This document shows positions 59,907 to 64,000 of a DNA stretch of 64,000 nucleotides, piece after piece. The notes beneath the pieces were generated by a model that saw only the letters and a list, made by a program, of their open reading frames with translations, had not been told where the DNA came from and did not search any database. How positions within the stretch are numbered: the stretch's first letter is position 1; the number at the start of each line of letters is the position of its first letter. Origin of the DNA: Perkinsela sp. CCAP 1560/9 (Eukaryota > Protista > Euglenozoa: Kinetoplastea); the NCBI GenBank assembly GCA_965644495.1, contig CBFFSA010000006.1, positions 558,001-622,000 of the forward strand. Direction: 5' to 3'. Position numbers and translations under genes: made by a program.

Positions 59907-62369
59907 ATGTCTGCGGTTGACGATGTTCTTGCCTCTTACATCGAACCTAAACCGTATCTGTTTTTATTTATAGGCACAACACTTCTTGTAGGAGCATGTG
60001 TCAAGCATTTTGGAATCGGTTCACGCATACCCTACACGATAATCATGTTTATTCTTGGAGCTTTATCGGGTCTTCTTGCTGATTTTTGGAGTGGTTTTCG
60101 TCCTTTTGTCTCTTCCATTGAGCACATTCCTCCAAATTATATTTTTTACATCTTTTTTCCTGTCCTGATATTCGAAGCTTCTTTTAACAGCGATATTCCT
60201 GTGCTGCGCGCAATGTGGAAGCCTGTGATGCTTCTAGCATTTCCAGGTGTTCTTTTAGTGACATATTTGACTGCGATGATACTAAAGTTTATCATGTATC
60301 CCGAATGGACATGGCCAACGGCGCTTTTGTATGGGTCCATACTAAGCGCAACGGATCCCGTCGCCACAATAGCTGTCTTGCGTGAACTCGGAGCAGATAA
60401 ATATATCCGCACACTACTTGACGGTGAATCTGTACTCAATGACGGATGTGCAATTCTTCTCTATTCAATCTTTTTACCGAGCGCAGTAGCCGGCGAGTGG
60501 CATATGTCAGTCGCAGGCGCATGTGCGCAGTTTCTAAAACTTTTAGTCGGAGCCATACTTGTTGGTTTACTATTCGGATACGTCTTAGTCAGATGGTTAC
60601 AACAGGCGAAAGAGAATATTGTGGAAATTACGCTAACGTATATCATTAGCGTCCTGGCTTATTTTTTCGCTGATGATATATGTAAAGTAAGTGGAGTTTT
60701 CACCCTGGCAGTTATGGGATTTTGCTTTGCCTACAGACGATACGTAATTCAGCCATCCAATGCACGCACTCTAAACGCAATATGGGATGTTTTGGTTCAT
60801 GTAGCGAACACAGTCTTGTTTACTATGACCGGTGTGCTTGTAACCCGCGAAGGGTTTCAAGGGATGACGGGGCGTGATCTGGGCATGTGTGTTTTCTTAT
60901 ACATAGTCCTACAACTCACTAGAGGGCTCATGCTCCTGGTTGCCTGGCCTTTTTTGAATTTTTCTCGGCATGTCACCTGGAATGAATGGGTGCTTTTGGT
61001 TCACAGTGGACTGAGAGGAGCCGTAGCATTGACCTTGACTCTTGCCGTACGTCACGATCATCGTTTGCCCAAAGTTGTACGACATACCTTTTTGTTTCTG
61101 ACTGCAGGAAGTGTCATATTAACTCTACTAGTAAACGGTCTTACCGTGCGTCCGCTCTTGAATTGGATTGGTTCGCAATGTGGGAAAGGTCCTAATTTTG
61201 CAGCAGATAGGAAGGAATTGCATTACGCCGCACAAGATTTGGTCCGAACATTAGACTTCAAAATTTATGAACTCGGGATGAATGAAATGTTTCAATCAAC
61301 TAATGTTGGATTCCTTAGAGATGAAAAGAATCGTCTCCTGAGATCGTTTCATCCNNNNNNNNNNNNNNNNNNNNNNNNNNNNNNNNNNNNNNNNNNNNNN
61401 NNNNNNNNNNNNNNNNNNNNNNNNNNNNNNNNNNNNNNNNNNNNNNNNNNNNNNNNNNNNNNNNNNNNNNNNNNNNNNNNNNNNNNNNNNNNNNNNNNNN
61501 NNNNNNNNNNNNNNNNNNNNNNNNNNNNNNNNNNNNNNNNNNNNNNNNNNNNNNCGAATCATATGTATGTTTGCCATTCGGATTCAGTTTTCTTAATTCT
61601 CACACGAAAGAAAATATGTTCTTTCGCGTCATCCAACAAAATTTTATCAGATTCCTTATTGGCGCTTGAGGCGCTTAAATGTGTTTTACCGTGTTTGTCG
61701 CAGTCATCTCCTTCTATAAATTGGAATAACGAACAACGATGGCTTGCACTACGGGAAAGTGTTCTTTACAACGTTGGAGATGCGAACTCTTGCCTTCAGT
61801 TTGATTTATCGACTGCAAGTTTCTTTCTCCTTTGCGGAAGAAGTGCTTGTGGGTACTATGCGCATGATGGCACACCGATTGAGATAGTTATGGCAAATCG
61901 ACATCCGGTGACAGAGCATAGTTCAAACTTCGCCGAATTCCTTAATTTCGAGACTTTTCTAACGCTAGAATGGGAGGCAAATTCTCAATTTCTGATTTTC
62001 CCTTTGGATCTCAAGCAAAATCCGTTATGGGGTGTTACAGACTCCCTACGTAAAGTGATATCTGTCCATCAGGATGCACACATGCGCAATCCTTTTTCAG
62101 AAGAAAATATGCCGCGCAGCGAAGATATCTCAGCAGTAGCATCTCTTTTGATGAACAACGAGAATGCAGCTTTAGATAGCGAGATAATCGATCACACAAA
62201 TTCCTCCGTATTTTGGCTAGAGATGCGGAACGCACCATCCCGTTTTTGTGACATATGGTATAGTGTAATTGGTATCAAGAACGCGGTACTGGAATTCGTG
62301 CGGGGCTGTTTCGTCCATGCGGGTCGCTTTGTGACCTACTTACGATCCAATAGGTACTATCATCGATAG
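59907..62369 (+). CDS. CPA1-family Na+/H+ antiporter (SOS1/SLC9C-like), interrupted by an assembly gap
   Basis: IPYT, F.P.LIFE.SF, G.ILSATDPVA, L.GES.LNDG, VSG, GLRGAVAL.L and TLLVNG.T motifs; continuity across the N gap is unverified. Confidence 0.85.
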   Translation: MSAVDDVLASYIEPKPYLFLFIGTTLLVGACVKHFGIGSRIPYTIIMFILGALSGLLADFWSGFRPFVSSIEHIPPNYIFYIFFPVLIFEASFNSDIPVLRAMWKPVMLLAFPGVLLVTYLTAMILKFIMYPEWTWPTALLYGSILSATDPVATIAVLRELGADKYIRTLLDGESVLNDGCAILLYSIFLPSAVAGEWHMSVAGACAQFLKLLVGAILVGLLFGYVLVRWLQQAKENIVEITLTYIISVLAYFFADDICKVSGVFTLAVMGFCFAYRRYVIQPSNARTLNAIWDVLVHVANTVLFTMTGVLVTREGFQGMTGRDLGMCVFLYIVLQLTRGLMLLVAWPFLNFSRHVTWNEWVLLVHSGLRGAVALTLTLAVRHDHRLPKVVRHTFLFLTAGSVILTLLVNGLTVRPLLNWIGSQCGKGPNFAADRKELHYAAQDLVRTLDFKIYELGMNEMFQSTNVGFLRDEKNRLLRSFHXXXXXXXXXXXXXXXXXXXXXXXXXXXXXXXXXXXXXXXXXXXXXXXXXXXXXXXXXXXXXXXXXXXXNHMYVCHSDSVFLILTRKKICSFASSNKILSDSLLALEALKCVLPCLSQSSPSINWNNEQRWLALRESVLYNVGDANSCLQFDLSTASFFLLCGRSACGYYAHDGTPIEIVMANRHPVTEHSSNFAEFLNFETFLTLEWEANSQFLIFPLDLKQNPLWGVTDSLRKVISVHQDAHMRNPFSEENMPRSEDISAVASLLMNNENAALDSEIIDHTNSSVFWLEMRNAPSRFCDIWYSVIGIKNAVLEFVRGCFVHAGRFVTYLRSNRYYHR
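61355..61554. other. Assembly gap (200 N)
   Basis: Run of N. Confidence 1.
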
Positions 62370-62577
62370 ATAGCAGATACCCCTATAATTCTCACCCCTT
62401 TTGTCTTCAGTTCTTCCCGTTTTGTTAGTCGTCGTGTTTCACTTTACCTCAGAAGTAAATTGTAGAAGCAAACAACTTCATGTGCATTTATCTTGCTTCT
62501 TCTTTGTCCTTAACTTACACTTTCTTAGTTCTCAATTGATACTCACAAGAGCATCACGTACATGTATTTCTTACCCA

Positions 62578-63915
62578 ATGCTTACCAGTACGTCCCATAC
62601 AAGAATCTCCGTCGCCTCTCCTATCCTTCATCCACGAGATGCACAAGTTAGTGACCGTAACTCCGGGAAGATATCGTCTTACACAACTCCGGTCCCATCG
62701 GATGCGCAGCTTATTCGCAAAGAGGAGGAAGGTGGGATGGAGGTAATCATGTATCTACAGTACGTGGGCGGACGCGCGAACGTTTCAGATGTAGAGCAAA
62801 ATGTTCGTTGGATTGAGAAGTTCGACTCTTCATGCGGGACACTCTTAAAATTTCTGGAGCAACGTCCTCACATATTTGCGCTCTCTGCTGACAACGAAAT
62901 GGTTACGGCCATTAGTCGCAGCATAAATCCAGAGACAACGAAACGTGCCCCGCTTCCCCGAGACAAATCACGACAAAGACAGACTCCTGCAGCTCACGGA
63001 AAAGTGGGATCGATGTGTGTTGCCGCATCGATTGATTTGGAAGAACTTCAACGGAGGTTCAAGCGCCTGGATTATTCTAGTGTTCTTGCAACCAAAGTGC
63101 TACATGTTACAAACAGAGGTCCGACCTCGAACAGTGTTGACTTGCAAGGAAATCAAGACAAGTTTGATCTGTTCGTTTTCTCGTACGGGTCGCTTGTGTG
63201 GTGGGGTACTGATATAAGCTCCTTTCGTATGATTGAAAATGATTTTTTACGGCGAGGTACCGCACTAGAACATGTAATAAAGGATCGATATAGGCAGTCC
63301 TGTCTAGAAGATTTGTTTCCTTTCTGGTGTACATTTGCTGTTGCTTCTGAGGATGATATCATGCAAAACGGGAGATTTCTTGAGGCGCTTCAGCGTGATC
63401 ACATACTCCTGACGTCCGACAGTCCTCCTTATAAGCAGGCAATTAGTCATGCACTCGCTCAAAGCGCCAAATTAGATGTCGTCGAACCCATGATACTGGA
63501 ACTTTTGCGAATATGTAAACCTCTTCCATTGCAAATTCGTGATCAAGGCCATGCCAATATTTCGCATACACGTGTTAATCAATTAAAAGGGGAGCTTTTC
63601 TTATATCGCATGGAGCTAAGAAGTGATAGCGAGCTGCTGGAAGAACCAGAATTTTTTTGGGAACTTCCATGGTTTAAGCCTGGATTCAAAATGGTGCGTG
63701 ATGACTATGGTATTGACAGTCGCGTAATGCAACTAGATGAGAAACTCTCTGCCGCTCAATTGACGCTTTCAATGATTGGAGAGCAATTTGATGAAGAGCA
63801 CGGCCGTCGCTTGGAATGGATTATCATCGTACTTATTCTTATTGAAGTAGTGATTGCTGTCATTGAACTTCTTTTGGAGGTCGGACTTGGATTTTCGCTA
63901 CCTTATTCAGCCTAG
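62578..63915 (+). CDS. RMD1/DUF155 family protein, copy 2, with an N-terminal winged-helix-like domain
   Basis: LFVFSYGSLVWWG, AISHALAQSAKL, EEPEFFWE, RLEWIIIVLI..EV; start placed at ATG 62578 (ORF open from 62401). Confidence 0.9.
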   Translation: MLTSTSHTRISVASPILHPRDAQVSDRNSGKISSYTTPVPSDAQLIRKEEEGGMEVIMYLQYVGGRANVSDVEQNVRWIEKFDSSCGTLLKFLEQRPHIFALSADNEMVTAISRSINPETTKRAPLPRDKSRQRQTPAAHGKVGSMCVAASIDLEELQRRFKRLDYSSVLATKVLHVTNRGPTSNSVDLQGNQDKFDLFVFSYGSLVWWGTDISSFRMIENDFLRRGTALEHVIKDRYRQSCLEDLFPFWCTFAVASEDDIMQNGRFLEALQRDHILLTSDSPPYKQAISHALAQSAKLDVVEPMILELLRICKPLPLQIRDQGHANISHTRVNQLKGELFLYRMELRSDSELLEEPEFFWELPWFKPGFKMVRDDYGIDSRVMQLDEKLSAAQLTLSMIGEQFDEEHGRRLEWIIIVLILIEVVIAVIELLLEVGLGFSLPYSA

Positions 63916-64000
63916 TTTTTGCACTCAATAAGCTTCAAGATTCATCGGTATGTACTTTTGATTAATCGTAGGTTTGGACTCACGATCCTGATTTAAGTTT

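Noticed and set aside
61296-61577. ORFs reading through the poly-N run
   Set aside because: The gap length is a placeholder; frame continuity across it is not evidence.
1-64000. Non-standard genetic code or stop-codon reassignment
   Set aside because: Conserved proteins translate full length with the standard code, and TAA, TAG and TGA are all used as terminators.

Overview
Eukaryotic, intron-less, gene-dense window: about 31 protein genes all lie head-to-tail on the + strand. This layout, together with editosome-type genes (a KREX1/2-like XRN+EEP fusion and a KREPB-like U1 zinc finger + degenerate RNase III), points to a kinetoplastid polycistronic unit. The compact, divergent, AT-rich genes and the LRR protein suggest a Perkinsela-like lineage (inference). 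Recognisable genes include SYF1, MSH2, ABCF3, YTM1/WDR12, PHF5A, TGT, proteasome beta-4, TVP15, a spastin/fidgetin-like AAA ATPase, two RMD1-family proteins and a CPA1 Na+/H+ antiporter (broken by a 200-N gap). Intergenic space holds decayed class II transposons (pogo with TIRs and TA TSD, Tc1, hAT/BED remnants, a MITE). The most unusual signals are: (i) ~1 kb GC-rich islands that switch sharply from C-rich to G-rich on the + strand (centres ~27.8 and ~49.8 kb, weaker at ~36.8 kb) and reshape the encoded proteins; (ii) three copies of a 64-nt hairpin with an AGA box (candidate snoRNA); (iii) a 44-bp foldback of the Tc1 start-codon region; (iv) several pseudo-enzymes, two poly-RanBP2-finger paralogues, a BRCT-AAA fusion and a Sororin-like C-terminus. 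All calls come from motif recognition by eye; no searches were run.
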